A stretch of 59,148 bases of DNA from positions 1 to 59,148 of the forward strand of contig CANQHI010000005.1 in the NCBI GenBank assembly GCA_947623725.1, written 5' to 3'. The notes below the pieces were generated by a model that was not told the origin of the DNA, ran no database searches, and was given only the letters and a program-made list of their open reading frames with translations. The stretch's first letter is position 1; the number at the start of each line of letters is the position of its first letter. The position numbers and the translations under genes are program-made. Source of the DNA: an uncultured Clostridia bacterium. GTDB taxonomy: Bacteria; Bacillota; Clostridia; TANB77; CAG-508. Of the stretch, positions 17,041-26,688 are shown one piece after another.

Positions 17041-17064
17041 TTGACTTTGACTTTCTTTGACTTT
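17041..17064 (-). promoter_or_regulatory. CtsR operator
   Basis: The minus strand reads AGTCAAAGAAAGTCAAA (17062..17046), matching RGTCAAA-NAN-RGTCAAA. A third GTCAA follows, and the site lies immediately downstream of the -10. Confidence 0.8.
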
Positions 17065-17068
17065 TATT

Positions 17069-17097
17069 ATTATACTACCTAAATTTTTAAAATGCAA
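17069..17097 (-). promoter_or_regulatory. SigA-type promoter of the ctsR operon
   Basis: The minus strand has TTGCAT, a 17-nt spacer and TATAAT. Confidence 0.7.
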
Positions 17098-17184
17098 TAC
17101 TTTTTACAAAAAAATCTTGATAATTTTATAATTATTCTATATAATGTGTTTGTAAAATCTTTTAAATTTGAAAGGAGTGTTTTT

Positions 17185-17718
17185 ATGAATTTAAACATAA
17201 CAGGAAAAGATTTCGATTTGACTGATTCAATTAGAAATTATATTGAAGATAAAGTTAGTAAAATATCAAAATATATAGGAGATGAATTTGACGCAACAGC
17301 TACACTCAAAATAGAAGGAAATGAACAAGTTGCTGAAATTAGAGTAACTTATGATGGTGAAGTTATAAAAGCTGTCACAGCAAGTAAGGACTTATACTCT
17401 TCTGTTGATAAGGATATTGATATATTAGAAGGACAAATTAGAAAAATAAAAACAAAAAAAGATAGACAAAACATGACAGATACTATTAGATTCCAAGCTT
17501 CACAATCTGAAAATGATAATTTAGATTTAGATGGAGAAATAATTAAAACAATATATTATAGCATCAAGCCTCTTACTCCAGAAGATGCTAAACTAATACT
17601 TGAAGAAGATGTTAAAAATAAATTTTTACCTTTTATCAATGTAGATACAAATAAGGTAAATGTTATATATAAATTAAAAGACGGCAAAAACTTTGGTATG
17701 CTTGAACCAGAAGCCTAA
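17185..17718 (+). CDS. hpf: Ribosome hibernation-promoting factor, long form
   Basis: MNLNITGKDFDLTDSIRNYIEDKV... plus a C-terminal dimerisation domain. ATG follows GAAAGGAGTGTTTTT. The longer ORF from 17092 overlaps the ctsR promoter. Confidence 0.88.
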   Translation: MNLNITGKDFDLTDSIRNYIEDKVSKISKYIGDEFDATATLKIEGNEQVAEIRVTYDGEVIKAVTASKDLYSSVDKDIDILEGQIRKIKTKKDRQNMTDTIRFQASQSENDNLDLDGEIIKTIYYSIKPLTPEDAKLILEEDVKNKFLPFINVDTNKVNVIYKLKDGKNFGMLEPEA

Positions 17719-17731
17719 GTAAAAATATACA

Positions 17732-17766
17732 AAAGAGAGATTTTTAACATTTTATCTCTCTTTTTA
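17732..17766 (+). terminator. Terminator after hpf
   Basis: AGAGAGAT-12 nt-ATCTCTCT followed by TTTTT. Confidence 0.7.
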
Positions 17767-17821
17767 TATGCAAAAAAATATATATGTCTTGTGTGTGACG
17801 GAAGAAAGGAATTAAACATTT

Positions 17822-19258
17822 ATGAAATACGATGTAATTGTTATAGGAATGGGCCCTAGTTCAGTTTTCTTAGCTTATGAACTTACAAAACTTAACAAAG
17901 CTAAAAATATTTTATTAATCGAAGAAGGAAAAGAAGTTGAAAATCGTTCTTGCCCAATTGAAAAAGCTGGTAAATGTGTAAAATGTAAACCTTTTTGCAA
18001 TATTACAAGTGGATTTTCAGGAGCTGGTGCATTTTCTGATGGAAAACTCTCTTTATATAATCCTGAAGATGATGATATTTATATTGGTGGTGAACTACAT
18101 AAATACATTGGCGTTCAAGAAACTAAAGATTTAATCGACTATACTGATAAAATTTATCTTGATTTTGGTGCTGATAAAAAATTAGAAGGTACCGAATTTA
18201 AAGATGAAATTAAAAAATATTATGATAAAGCTAAAAAGAATGGAATTAACTTAATTAGCATTCCTATAAGACATTTAGGTACAGAAAAAAGTCATGAGCT
18301 TTATGGTAGAATAGAAAAACATCTTGTAGACAATAATGTAAATATGAGATTCAATTGCATTGTTGATGATGTAATTATCGAAAACGACAAAATAAAAGGT
18401 GTAAAAGTTAAAGATTCTAATTTAGTAAATGATGAAAATGCTCCATTAGAAGAAATTTATGCAGATAATGTTGTTATTGCTGTTGGAAGAAAAGGAGCAA
18501 ATTGGCTTACAGATTTATGCTCAAAACATAATATAAAAACAGAAGCCGGAATTGTTGATATTGGAATAAGATATGAACTTCCTGATGAAATTATGAAGGA
18601 CATAAATAAATATATGTATGAAGGAAAATTCATTGGTCATCCCTACCCTTTCGGTGATAAAGTTAGAACATTTTGTCAAAATCCTAGTGGCTTTGTTGCT
18701 CCAGAAGTTTATGATAACAATTTAACTCTAGTTAATGGACATTCGTATAAGGATAGAAAAAGCACTAATACCAATTTAGCAATCTTAGTTTCTCACCATT
18801 TTAACTATCCTTTCAATAAGCCTATTGAATATGGTAGAAATGTGGCTAAAAATCTAAATGAATTAGGAAACGGAAATGTTGTTGTTCAAAGACTTGGAGA
18901 TATTTATCGTGGAAAACGTACTTGGCAAGAAGAATTTGAAAATAATGAAGTCGTTCCTACACTAAAATCAGCTGTAGCTGGTGATATTACTTTTGCTCTA
19001 GGTTATAGAACAATGACGGATATATTAGAATTTATTAAACAAATGGATAAAGTTGTTGAAGGTTTTGCTAATCCATCAAATTTGTTATATGGTCCAGAAA
19101 TTAAATTTTATAGTAATAAAGTTATTATTGATAAAAATCTTGAAACTAATATTAAAGGATTGTATTCTATTGGAGATGGTGGAGGTCTTACTCGTGGACT
19201 TATGATGGCATCGTGCTCTGGAGTTTATCTTGCAAGAATACTTGCTGAAAAAATATAA
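17822..19258 (+). CDS. FAD-dependent protein (COG2509-like uncharacterised dehydrogenase)
   Basis: N-terminal YDVIVIGMGPSS dinucleotide fold and C-terminal GDGGGLTRG. 478 aa. Confidence 0.7.
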   Translation: MKYDVIVIGMGPSSVFLAYELTKLNKAKNILLIEEGKEVENRSCPIEKAGKCVKCKPFCNITSGFSGAGAFSDGKLSLYNPEDDDIYIGGELHKYIGVQETKDLIDYTDKIYLDFGADKKLEGTEFKDEIKKYYDKAKKNGINLISIPIRHLGTEKSHELYGRIEKHLVDNNVNMRFNCIVDDVIIENDKIKGVKVKDSNLVNDENAPLEEIYADNVVIAVGRKGANWLTDLCSKHNIKTEAGIVDIGIRYELPDEIMKDINKYMYEGKFIGHPYPFGDKVRTFCQNPSGFVAPEVYDNNLTLVNGHSYKDRKSTNTNLAILVSHHFNYPFNKPIEYGRNVAKNLNELGNGNVVVQRLGDIYRGKRTWQEEFENNEVVPTLKSAVAGDITFALGYRTMTDILEFIKQMDKVVEGFANPSNLLYGPEIKFYSNKVIIDKNLETNIKGLYSIGDGGGLTRGLMMASCSGVYLARILAEKI

Positions 19259-19284
19259 ATCATTTTAATAAAATTTTACAAAAA

Positions 19285-19316
19285 ATATGTGCATCTTAAA
19301 ATGCACATATTTTTTA
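19285..19316. terminator. Bidirectional terminator between the FAD protein gene and rpsT
   Basis: ATATGTGCAT-cttaaa-ATGCACATAT flanked by an A-run and a T-run. Confidence 0.75.
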
Positions 19317-19332
19317 TAAGTATTAAAACTAA

Positions 19333-19746
19333 TTATTCTGCTTTTTTTGTTGTCTTTTTTGCTGTTGTTGCTTTTGTAGCAGATTTTTTTGTTTCAGTTT
19401 TTTCTTTCTTTTCCTCTACTACTTCTGGCTTTTTAGTTTCAGCTTCTTTTACAACTGTTTTCTTAGCTGGAGCTTTTTTTGCCTTTTCTGTTTTTACTGC
19501 TAACTTCTTATCTAAATTAGATTTTTTTCTTGAAGCTGCATTTTTAGAAATAACTCCTTTTGATGCTGCTTGATCTATTTTCTTTTTAGCAGCTCTTAAC
19601 AATTCTTCAGCATTTTTATCACCTTTAGCATTTGCTGATTCATATTTTTTAACAGCTGTCTTATATTCTGATTTAACCATATTGTTATTTAATGTTTTCT
19701 TTTCTGCGATTTTTACTCTCTTTATAGCTGATTTAATGTTTGGCAT
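19333..19746 (-). CDS. rpsT: 30S ribosomal protein S20 with a roughly 50-aa Lys/Ala/Thr/Glu-rich C-terminal extension
   Basis: MPNIKSAIKRVKIAEKKTLNN...ASKGVISKNAASRKKS is S20. The ORF continues for 137 aa in total. Confidence 0.88.
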   Translation of the reverse strand: MPNIKSAIKRVKIAEKKTLNNNMVKSEYKTAVKKYESANAKGDKNAEELLRAAKKKIDQAASKGVISKNAASRKKSNLDKKLAVKTEKAKKAPAKKTVVKEAETKKPEVVEEKKEKTETKKSATKATTAKKTTKKAE

Positions 19747-19992
19747 TTTTGCACCTCCTCCTAGTGTGTTAATTTATAACATAAACTATTATACCACTAT
19801 TTTTTCAGTTGTGCAAGATTTTTACTAGTTATTTTTAGATTATTTGTTAAAAATTTATAATTTATTTTTAAAACTGCCAATGTTTTAGACAAAAAACAAG
19901 GAATTACCTTTAGAGCAATCCCTTGTTTCATAATTAAATAATATTCTTACGTTTATATTTTCTTAATAAATTTTGTTAAGTTTATTCAAAAA

Positions 19993-20193
19993 CTATTTCA
20001 TTTCAGATTCAGCTTTTTGAATTAATTTCTTAACCATATTTCCACCTATTCTTCCAGCATCTCTTGAAGATAAATCACCATTGTATCCATCTTTTAAAGA
20101 AACACCAACTTCATTAGCTACTTCATATTTAAACTTATTTAATGCATCTGTAGCTTCTGGAACTGCTTTGTAATTGCTGTTTGAGTTTGCCAT
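19993..20193 (-). CDS. Alpha/beta-type small acid-soluble spore protein
   Basis: MANSNSN...LNKFKYEVANEVGV...SRDAGRIGGNMVKKLI is the SASP signature. ATG is preceded by AGGAGGTGAATGAC. Confidence 0.9.
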   Translation of the reverse strand: MANSNSNYKAVPEATDALNKFKYEVANEVGVSLKDGYNGDLSSRDAGRIGGNMVKKLIQKAESEMK

Positions 20194-20385
20194 GTCATTC
20201 ACCTCCTGAATTTCTATTAAAAAAGTTTAAAAATTAATTTAAATAAAATAAATCAATTTTTAATTTTCTTTTTCAATATATATGATGCACATAATTTATA
20301 ATTTTAATCTGGAAATTTCTAGGATTTTTTATTTTACAATTTTTTACATTTTTTATTTTAAATTATTATAAATTTTATAATATTA

Positions 20386-21204
20386 TTAATAACTTGTCCA
20401 ATAATAATATAAAATATTATTATCTATATCATAAACTCCTATTTCCCATCCGGTTGCTTCTTCATCTGTAAAATGATGTTTTTTATATTCATCACTTGTT
20501 CTGCACACTTTTTCATAGTGATAATATCCATTTTCTATTGAAAGTACTTCTTCATTGTATTCAAAATCATCTAATTTTTCATCTTCTAGTCTATTCTTGT
20601 TCCACTTTGGACTTTGTTCTAATGTTTTTATTACTTCTTTTCCTTGTTCATCTGTAAATTGATATGTATAATAATCTAAACCATCACCCTGAGGACCACC
20701 TCTTACACTATATATTTCTCTTGTTTTATAATTATTTGTTTTTATACCTAAAATCTCACTATAATTTTTATGATGATTAAAAGGACCATTTTCAAAATAA
20801 TATAGTTTTGCATTTTTTAAATCAAATATGGCATATCCCTTCTCATAATAATATAAATCTTCTCTATCTATTTCTACTACATAATCATCTCTAATTTCAT
20901 AAAACTCCTTCATTATATATTCATAATATTTATTTTTACTCCATATATCACTATTTTCTAATTGTTTTCTAAAAGTATCCATACTATCACTATAATAGTT
21001 TTTTATTTTATATACCTTATATTTTCCAAACCTGTCAAAACCATATTTCGTACAATATTCTATATTAATATCTTCTATTTGTAATCCCAAGTTTTTATAA
21101 TCTGTGTCACCTTTTATTTTATAAAAAAATATAGATAAATGAGAAATAATTATAACAATTATAATTATTAATAATATATATATAATTATCTTTTTATTTT
21201 TCAT
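20386..21204 (-). CDS. Hypothetical N-terminally anchored protein
   Basis: 272-aa ORF with one TM. Tyr/Glu/Lys-rich with no recognisable domain. Confidence 0.5.
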   Translation of the reverse strand: MKNKKIIIYILLIIIIVIIISHLSIFFYKIKGDTDYKNLGLQIEDINIEYCTKYGFDRFGKYKVYKIKNYYSDSMDTFRKQLENSDIWSKNKYYEYIMKEFYEIRDDYVVEIDREDLYYYEKGYAIFDLKNAKLYYFENGPFNHHKNYSEILGIKTNNYKTREIYSVRGGPQGDGLDYYTYQFTDEQGKEVIKTLEQSPKWNKNRLEDEKLDDFEYNEEVLSIENGYYHYEKVCRTSDEYKKHHFTDEEATGWEIGVYDIDNNILYYYWTSY

Positions 21205-21230
21205 ATTTTCTCCTTGTTTAATAAAAGTTA

Positions 21231-22304
21231 TTATTTTATTACAAAATTATTCTTTTGTACTTTTATTGTAACTTTATATGACTTTATAACTCCATATTTA
21301 CTAGAAACAACTCCAAAATTGTTTAGTATGCTTGAAAATATACTAATTAGTAATGATTTATTAGATGTTACATATTCTTTTAAATCTGTAAAATCTGTAA
21401 AATCATAAGTATCTTCAATTACCATATTTACTTTCCAAGTATTATCTAAGTTTTTTTCAATTTCTATACTTGTTGGAGAACCATGTATAGCAAATAATAA
21501 ATCTTTATTATTAAATTCAATTATACAATCTTCATTATTTTCACTATTATCCTTAAATTTATCTTTTTCACTACAATATTTTTTTATAAGTTCTTTTATT
21601 TTATTATCAAATTCTTCACTTTCTAGTATATCTTCAATAACTTCTTTATCATTAATCAATAAATCTTGTGGTTGCTTTCCAAATAAAGATAATGAATGCG
21701 ATAATAATTTAGCTGAAAGTTTCATATTTGCTAATAATCCTCCAACAACCACAACTTGCCAAAATGTATATTGCATTGCATAAAAAACGGTATAAGCAAT
21801 AGGAGAGTTTTTCTTAGTTAAATCAAATATAAAACTCATACTTTTTATAAAGTTCTCTGCTACATCTTTATCTACTTCTTCCCAATTAGTTTTTTTAGCT
21901 TCTTTTAATAATTCATTAAATTTTTGTGTATAATTAAACAATTTGTATATTTCATTTAGTGAAAACGACATCGTCTCTATTATATTTTTTGAAAAAGTTT
22001 TGATATTTTTTATATCATTAGAAACTTTTTCTTTTACATCATTTAAAGCTTCATAGTTCATCATGTTTAGATACGTTAATGCAATATATTTTTGAGCTAA
22101 AACATATTTTTTCTTTTTACTAAGAAAAAACTTATGATTTTTCCATGCTATTCTAGTACATAAATACAATTCTTTATTCCATATTATTCTAGGTGATTTA
22201 GCAAATCCCAATAATTCATATAAATTATCTAGGCATCCTCTTCCAAACATTTCATATTTATAATTATATGGTCTATTACATAATAAACATCTTTTTTCTT
22301 CCAT
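21231..22304 (-). CDS. Hypothetical protein
   Basis: 357-aa ORF with an N-terminal CLLCNRP...GRGC motif. No family recognised. Confidence 0.5.
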   Translation of the reverse strand: MEEKRCLLCNRPYNYKYEMFGRGCLDNLYELLGFAKSPRIIWNKELYLCTRIAWKNHKFFLSKKKKYVLAQKYIALTYLNMMNYEALNDVKEKVSNDIKNIKTFSKNIIETMSFSLNEIYKLFNYTQKFNELLKEAKKTNWEEVDKDVAENFIKSMSFIFDLTKKNSPIAYTVFYAMQYTFWQVVVVGGLLANMKLSAKLLSHSLSLFGKQPQDLLINDKEVIEDILESEEFDNKIKELIKKYCSEKDKFKDNSENNEDCIIEFNNKDLLFAIHGSPTSIEIEKNLDNTWKVNMVIEDTYDFTDFTDLKEYVTSNKSLLISIFSSILNNFGVVSSKYGVIKSYKVTIKVQKNNFVIK

Positions 22305-22327
22305 TTTTAATACTCATTTCTTACCAT

Positions 22328-22423
22328 TTATTTTTGTTTATTCATTATATTTGATATTTGTTCTTTTAACTCATTTATATAGTTTAATATCTTTGTTAAT
22401 ATTATATTATCTTTACTTTTCAT
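22328..22423 (-). pseudogene. Truncated HEPN/DUF86-like toxin remnant (31 codons)
   Basis: Its ATG overlaps the MNT stop. Translation MKSKDNIILTKILNYINELKEQISNIMNKQK resembles the N-terminus of DUF86 HEPN partners of MNT, then stops. Hand-translated. Confidence 0.4.
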
Positions 22424-22721
22424 ATACTATTACTCCTGTTCTTTCTATTTCCTTTTCAATTTTAGAATTTTTATTTATTTCTATTTTCTCTATTACATCA
22501 ACTTCTTTATTTAATTTTTCTTGTATCTTTCCAACTATTGCATAAAATTTTAATCCTTTAACTTTTCCTTTACTATCTAATAGTATATCTATGTCACTAT
22601 TTTGATTTGGATTTTTCTTCGCATATGATCCAAATAATATCGCTTTTTCAACTTCTGTATTACTAAGTATTTCATATAATATTGCTTTTATTTCATCAAT
22701 TGAATATATTTTTGTTGTCAT
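22413..22721 (-). CDS. Nucleotidyltransferase-domain protein (MNT-type antitoxin-like)
   Basis: ILFGSYAKKNPNQNSDIDILLD is a minimal nucleotidyltransferase motif. Confidence 0.75.
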   Translation of the reverse strand: MTTKIYSIDEIKAILYEILSNTEVEKAILFGSYAKKNPNQNSDIDILLDSKGKVKGLKFYAIVGKIQEKLNKEVDVIEKIEINKNSKIEKEIERTGVIVYEK

Positions 22722-22851
22722 TTTTTTCACACACCTTTCTTTTTATTATTATATCATATTTTATAATATAATTTCTTTTTATAAAGTTCTGATACACTTT
22801 TATTTACTTATTTTCAATTATTTTTTATCTCTTTTCTTATCTTACTATTTT

Positions 22852-24048
22852 TTAATTTATTACACTAGAAATAGGTATAATATAATTCTTTTCATCTATT
22901 TTCATTAGTTTATCATATAAACAAATAATTCCACCATTTCCTATTTTCATATTTGTTTTTTCAAGATGTTTAAAACTTTTTATCATATCTTTTCTAGGAT
23001 TTGCTGTTTTCTTTATTACTAATGGGTATAATGTGTTATTCTTAAAAATAATTAAATCGATTTCTTCCGTTTCTTTATTTCTAAAATGTGATATTTCTAA
23101 ATTTATTCCTTTATTTTCATATGACTTTATAAGTTCTGAAATTACATACGATTCAAAAAAATTGTCTGATAAATCACTCAATTGTAATGTTCTTGCACTT
23201 TCCCAATTTGCTAGATAACAAGCTAATCCTAAATCCATAAATATTATTTTAGGCATATGAGTAAGTCTTTTTATTTTATTTGATGAATATGGTTCTAATA
23301 AATATACAAGTCCTGTACTTACTAATATTGAAAACCAATCTTTAATTGTATTTACTGAAACTCCTACATCATTTGCAATATCTGAATAATTTAAATTTGT
23401 ACCTGTTCTTATTGCAACAGCCCTCATAAATTTTTTAAATGCCTCTACATTGCCTATTTTTTTTATATCTTTTTCTATATATTTGTCAATATATGAATAA
23501 TAAAAGTCATTTCTATCCATATTTTCTATATCATATAATTCTGGCATTCCTCCATTGAAAATTCGTTCAAATATTTCATTTACATCTATATATTTATTCT
23601 GTTTCAGATTATCTGGATCAAAAATTTCTTTTCTTGTATTTCTCATAATTTCGCTATATGTAAAACTATTCATTTTAACTATACCAGCTCTATTTGCAAG
23701 TGATTCTGTAACATTTTTCATAAGATCAAATAATTGAGAACCAGACAACCAATATTGTCCTCTTGTCTTATCCTTATCAACTTTCATTTTTATATATGGA
23801 AGTAGCTCTGGAGCATATTGTACTTCATCAATAAAAAGTGGTGCAGGATATGAATCTAAAAATATTTTTGGATTTTCTTTTGCTTCTCTTCTTAAGATTT
23901 CATCTTCTAATGAAATTTTAGTCATATTTTCTGGTATTACACTTTCAAGCAAAGTTGTTTTTCCAACTTTTCTTGGTCCTGTTACCACTAATACTTTGAA
24001 TGTATCATTAATTTTTTTTATTCGTTCTTTTACCTCTCTTTCATACAT
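22852..24048 (-). CDS. AAA-family ATPase with a DUF4143-like C-terminus
   Basis: VVTGPRKVGKTTLL Walker A. 398 aa, an architecture common in mobile or accessory DNA. Confidence 0.7.
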   Translation of the reverse strand: MYEREVKERIKKINDTFKVLVVTGPRKVGKTTLLESVIPENMTKISLEDEILRREAKENPKIFLDSYPAPLFIDEVQYAPELLPYIKMKVDKDKTRGQYWLSGSQLFDLMKNVTESLANRAGIVKMNSFTYSEIMRNTRKEIFDPDNLKQNKYIDVNEIFERIFNGGMPELYDIENMDRNDFYYSYIDKYIEKDIKKIGNVEAFKKFMRAVAIRTGTNLNYSDIANDVGVSVNTIKDWFSILVSTGLVYLLEPYSSNKIKRLTHMPKIIFMDLGLACYLANWESARTLQLSDLSDNFFESYVISELIKSYENKGINLEISHFRNKETEEIDLIIFKNNTLYPLVIKKTANPRKDMIKSFKHLEKTNMKIGNGGIICLYDKLMKIDEKNYIIPISSVIN

Positions 24049-24093
24049 TTTTTTATTCCCCCAAATAACATATATTTATATTTTATATTTTCG

Positions 24094-24159
24094 TTGCAAA
24101 AAAGTCAATATTATTATTGCAAAAAAGTCAATATGTTTGCTTAAAAAAAGTCAAATATT
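24094..24159. repeat. Three direct repeats with 23-bp periodicity upstream of the ATPase gene
   Basis: ttgcaaaaaagtcaatat at 24094 and 24117, and ttgcttaaaaaaagtcaaatat at 24137. The GTCAA cores lie at 24104, 24127 and 24150. Confidence 0.8.
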
Positions 24160-24259
24160 ATATTTCATATTAGACATTTATTTCATTACAAAAAAAAATT
24201 TAAACTACTATACTTTTTAATTTATAGCAATTTAAATTTTTCCATATATAAATTATATT

Positions 24260-25189
24260 TTAAGCTAAAATTTTTGCTTCAATATTTCTAATTTTATATT
24301 TTCCATTTTCTTCAATAAAATCATATAAGCTTTTATCTAAGCTGTCACTGTTTTGTTTTAAATCAGTTGTATAATAAAAATTAATTTTGTCTATTTTTAC
24401 GCCATTTGTAACTAAAGCTTTAAAAGTTTCTGCCATGTGTCTTTCATCTTCACATATAAAAACAAGTTGTGGTATCGAAATGAAATCTGAATCTCCAGGA
24501 TTAAAATTATCATAAAAATCTTTCCATAAATTCATTCTTTCGACTAATCTTTTTTCCCAATTTTCATTTCTTCTAACTACTTCATATACAAAACTTATTT
24601 TTCTATTATTTGCAACTAAATCAATACTTAATGTAGGTTTAAACTGTTTACTAAGAGTTTTTGCTTGAATTACTGGTTTTAGTTTATAATCTGAAAAAGT
24701 TTTTACTTTTCTCATATATGCAATAACTAATTGATTTCCAGCAAGTTTTTTCTTTATCATTTCAACAGGTTTTGCATTATCACTTGGTTGCCATTTGCAT
24801 TCTACCTCTCTTGATGTAAGCAAATATTTTCCCATCTTCTCCATGCAGTAAACTCTATATATTCCACTTCCTTCTGGTGATGTAAAATAATATCTTGTAA
24901 GTATTTTGCTTCTAATTAATTGGTCTAATTTATTGTTTAATTTATCTTGAGTTTTTATATCTGCTTTTTGAAGTTGTAATAATTGAAACATTTGTCTTGA
25001 TGTTAAAAATTCAAATTTATTTATTAATTCTAAAATTTGAAAATGTATTTCATTTATATGTCCTACATTTATCTTCTGTATAATCTGATTCATTGAGACA
25101 TAACCGTCTTTTCCATCAAATACTTTTATCTCCCCTTCTCTCATTCTAAAAGGTGAGACTGTTGTTTTAATTTCATTATCTGCTAACAT
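24260..25189 (-). CDS. Replication-relaxation family protein (plasmid/ICE-type)
   Basis: 309-aa ORF whose N-terminal winged-helix-like region and overall pattern resemble the replication-relaxation family. ATG follows AGGAGGAAAAA. Confidence 0.55.
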   Translation of the reverse strand: MLADNEIKTTVSPFRMREGEIKVFDGKDGYVSMNQIIQKINVGHINEIHFQILELINKFEFLTSRQMFQLLQLQKADIKTQDKLNNKLDQLIRSKILTRYYFTSPEGSGIYRVYCMEKMGKYLLTSREVECKWQPSDNAKPVEMIKKKLAGNQLVIAYMRKVKTFSDYKLKPVIQAKTLSKQFKPTLSIDLVANNRKISFVYEVVRRNENWEKRLVERMNLWKDFYDNFNPGDSDFISIPQLVFICEDERHMAETFKALVTNGVKIDKINFYYTTDLKQNSDSLDKSLYDFIEENGKYKIRNIEAKILA

Positions 25190-25323
25190 TTTTTCCTCCT
25201 ACAAAAAATTATTTATAGTTTTAGTACTATTTTTTAATTACATCAATTAATTTAATTAAAAATAGTATACTCACATTTTTATTATATCACTTATGTCAAC
25301 AAGATACAATACTTATATTTATT

Positions 25324-26097
25324 TTAATTTTCTGATACAATACTTAGTTTTATTTTCTTTTTCTCAGGAATGATTTTTTTTACTTTTACATTTACATTTT
25401 GACCATATTTTATATCACTATTATATTCACACAATCCAACTAAATTAGGCTTAAGTTCAATAAAAATTCCATCTTTATTTTTTGTATATTCTTTTGCTAT
25501 TCCTTGAACAATGCTTCCTTCTTTTATATCTTTAATATTTTCTTCCCAACTGCCAAGCATATCTTTATATGATAAATAAAATTTTTTATTTTCTTTATCT
25601 ATTTCTTTTATTTTTACTTTTATTTTTTGGCCTATTTTCAATTTTTCTTCTGGTGATTTCATTCTTGATACTGAAATATCATTGATATAAAGTAGACCTG
25701 TTGAACCTCCACCTATTTCAACAAAGGCTCCATAAGGTTTTATATTCCTTACAATTCCATTAACTACATCTCCTTCTGATAATTCATTTATCACCCAAAA
25801 AAGACTTTCATCTTTTACTTTTTTTCTTGATAAATTACATATCTTCTGAGCTTCATTAACTTTATCTACTTTAAACTGAATATAATTATTTCCTTTTAAA
25901 ATTTCGCCTAATTCATCACTTGGAACTATTCCCTTTATGCTATTTCCTAAATCAATATAGGCATTATGCTTTCTATCAATATTAGTTATCTTTCCACTTA
26001 ACGTAATGTTGTTATCTGAAGCATTTTTTAAATCTTTAATAGAATATTTAATTTCTTCTTGATTCCAGCCTTCTGGAATAAATCTTTGGTATATCAT
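25324..26097 (-). CDS. S1 RNA-binding domain protein
   Basis: Repeated S1-like segments (GDVVNGIVRNIKPYGAFVEIGG, GSIVQGIAKEY...GIFIEL). Confidence 0.7.
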   Translation of the reverse strand: MIYQRFIPEGWNQEEIKYSIKDLKNASDNNITLSGKITNIDRKHNAYIDLGNSIKGIVPSDELGEILKGNNYIQFKVDKVNEAQKICNLSRKKVKDESLFWVINELSEGDVVNGIVRNIKPYGAFVEIGGGSTGLLYINDISVSRMKSPEEKLKIGQKIKVKIKEIDKENKKFYLSYKDMLGSWEENIKDIKEGSIVQGIAKEYTKNKDGIFIELKPNLVGLCEYNSDIKYGQNVNVKVKKIIPEKKKIKLSIVSEN

Positions 26098-26170
26098 ATT
26101 TTCTTCCTTCGTTTTTATAATTATATATTTAATTAGAAGTTATCAAAATTTCTAGTAGCTTCTAAGAAGT

Positions 26171-26653
26171 TTATCCTAAAAAACTATATCCCCAATCACT
26201 TTTAAAATTGTGAACTAATCTCAAAATATCTTCATACATGTTCTGATTATTTTTTCCATATGGATATTCTTTTTTTAGTTCATCCTCATTAGATATTATC
26301 CTATCTTTTAAATCATGATATACATTTTTTTCAATTACAAATGGTGATTTTTTCATCATTTCATGATCGATTTGAAAATATAGTATATTAACTGCACTCC
26401 AAATGTCAAAAGCAGATCCATTTATTGCCTTTATAATTGCATTTTGATATTCATTTAAAATATTTACATCTTTATTTTCTTCATATAATGCATAAATTCC
26501 ATGTGGTATAATTCTTGTCCAATCTGTTGGAACATCTACTTGAGCGTCTAATACAGGAAGATTATATCCATTTCTCCCTGTTAAAAATTCAAATAGCTCA
26601 CCTGATTCAAAAGCTTTTTTAGCATTTTCTTTTATACTATTAAATTGTATCAT
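26171..26653 (-). CDS. Hypothetical protein
   Basis: 160-aa ORF with no recognisable family. Confidence 0.5.
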   Translation of the reverse strand: MIQFNSIKENAKKAFESGELFEFLTGRNGYNLPVLDAQVDVPTDWTRIIPHGIYALYEENKDVNILNEYQNAIIKAINGSAFDIWSAVNILYFQIDHEMMKKSPFVIEKNVYHDLKDRIISNEDELKKEYPYGKNNQNMYEDILRLVHNFKSDWGYSFLG

Positions 26654-26688
26654 TTATATTTCCCTCCATAAATAATATATATACACTA

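Noticed and set aside
24094-24159. The GTCAA-containing repeats as additional CtsR operators.
   Set aside because: CtsR boxes are heptad direct repeats separated by 3 nt, as seen at 17046-17062. These cores are 23 bp apart and lack the RGTCAAA-NAN-RGTCAAA arrangement.
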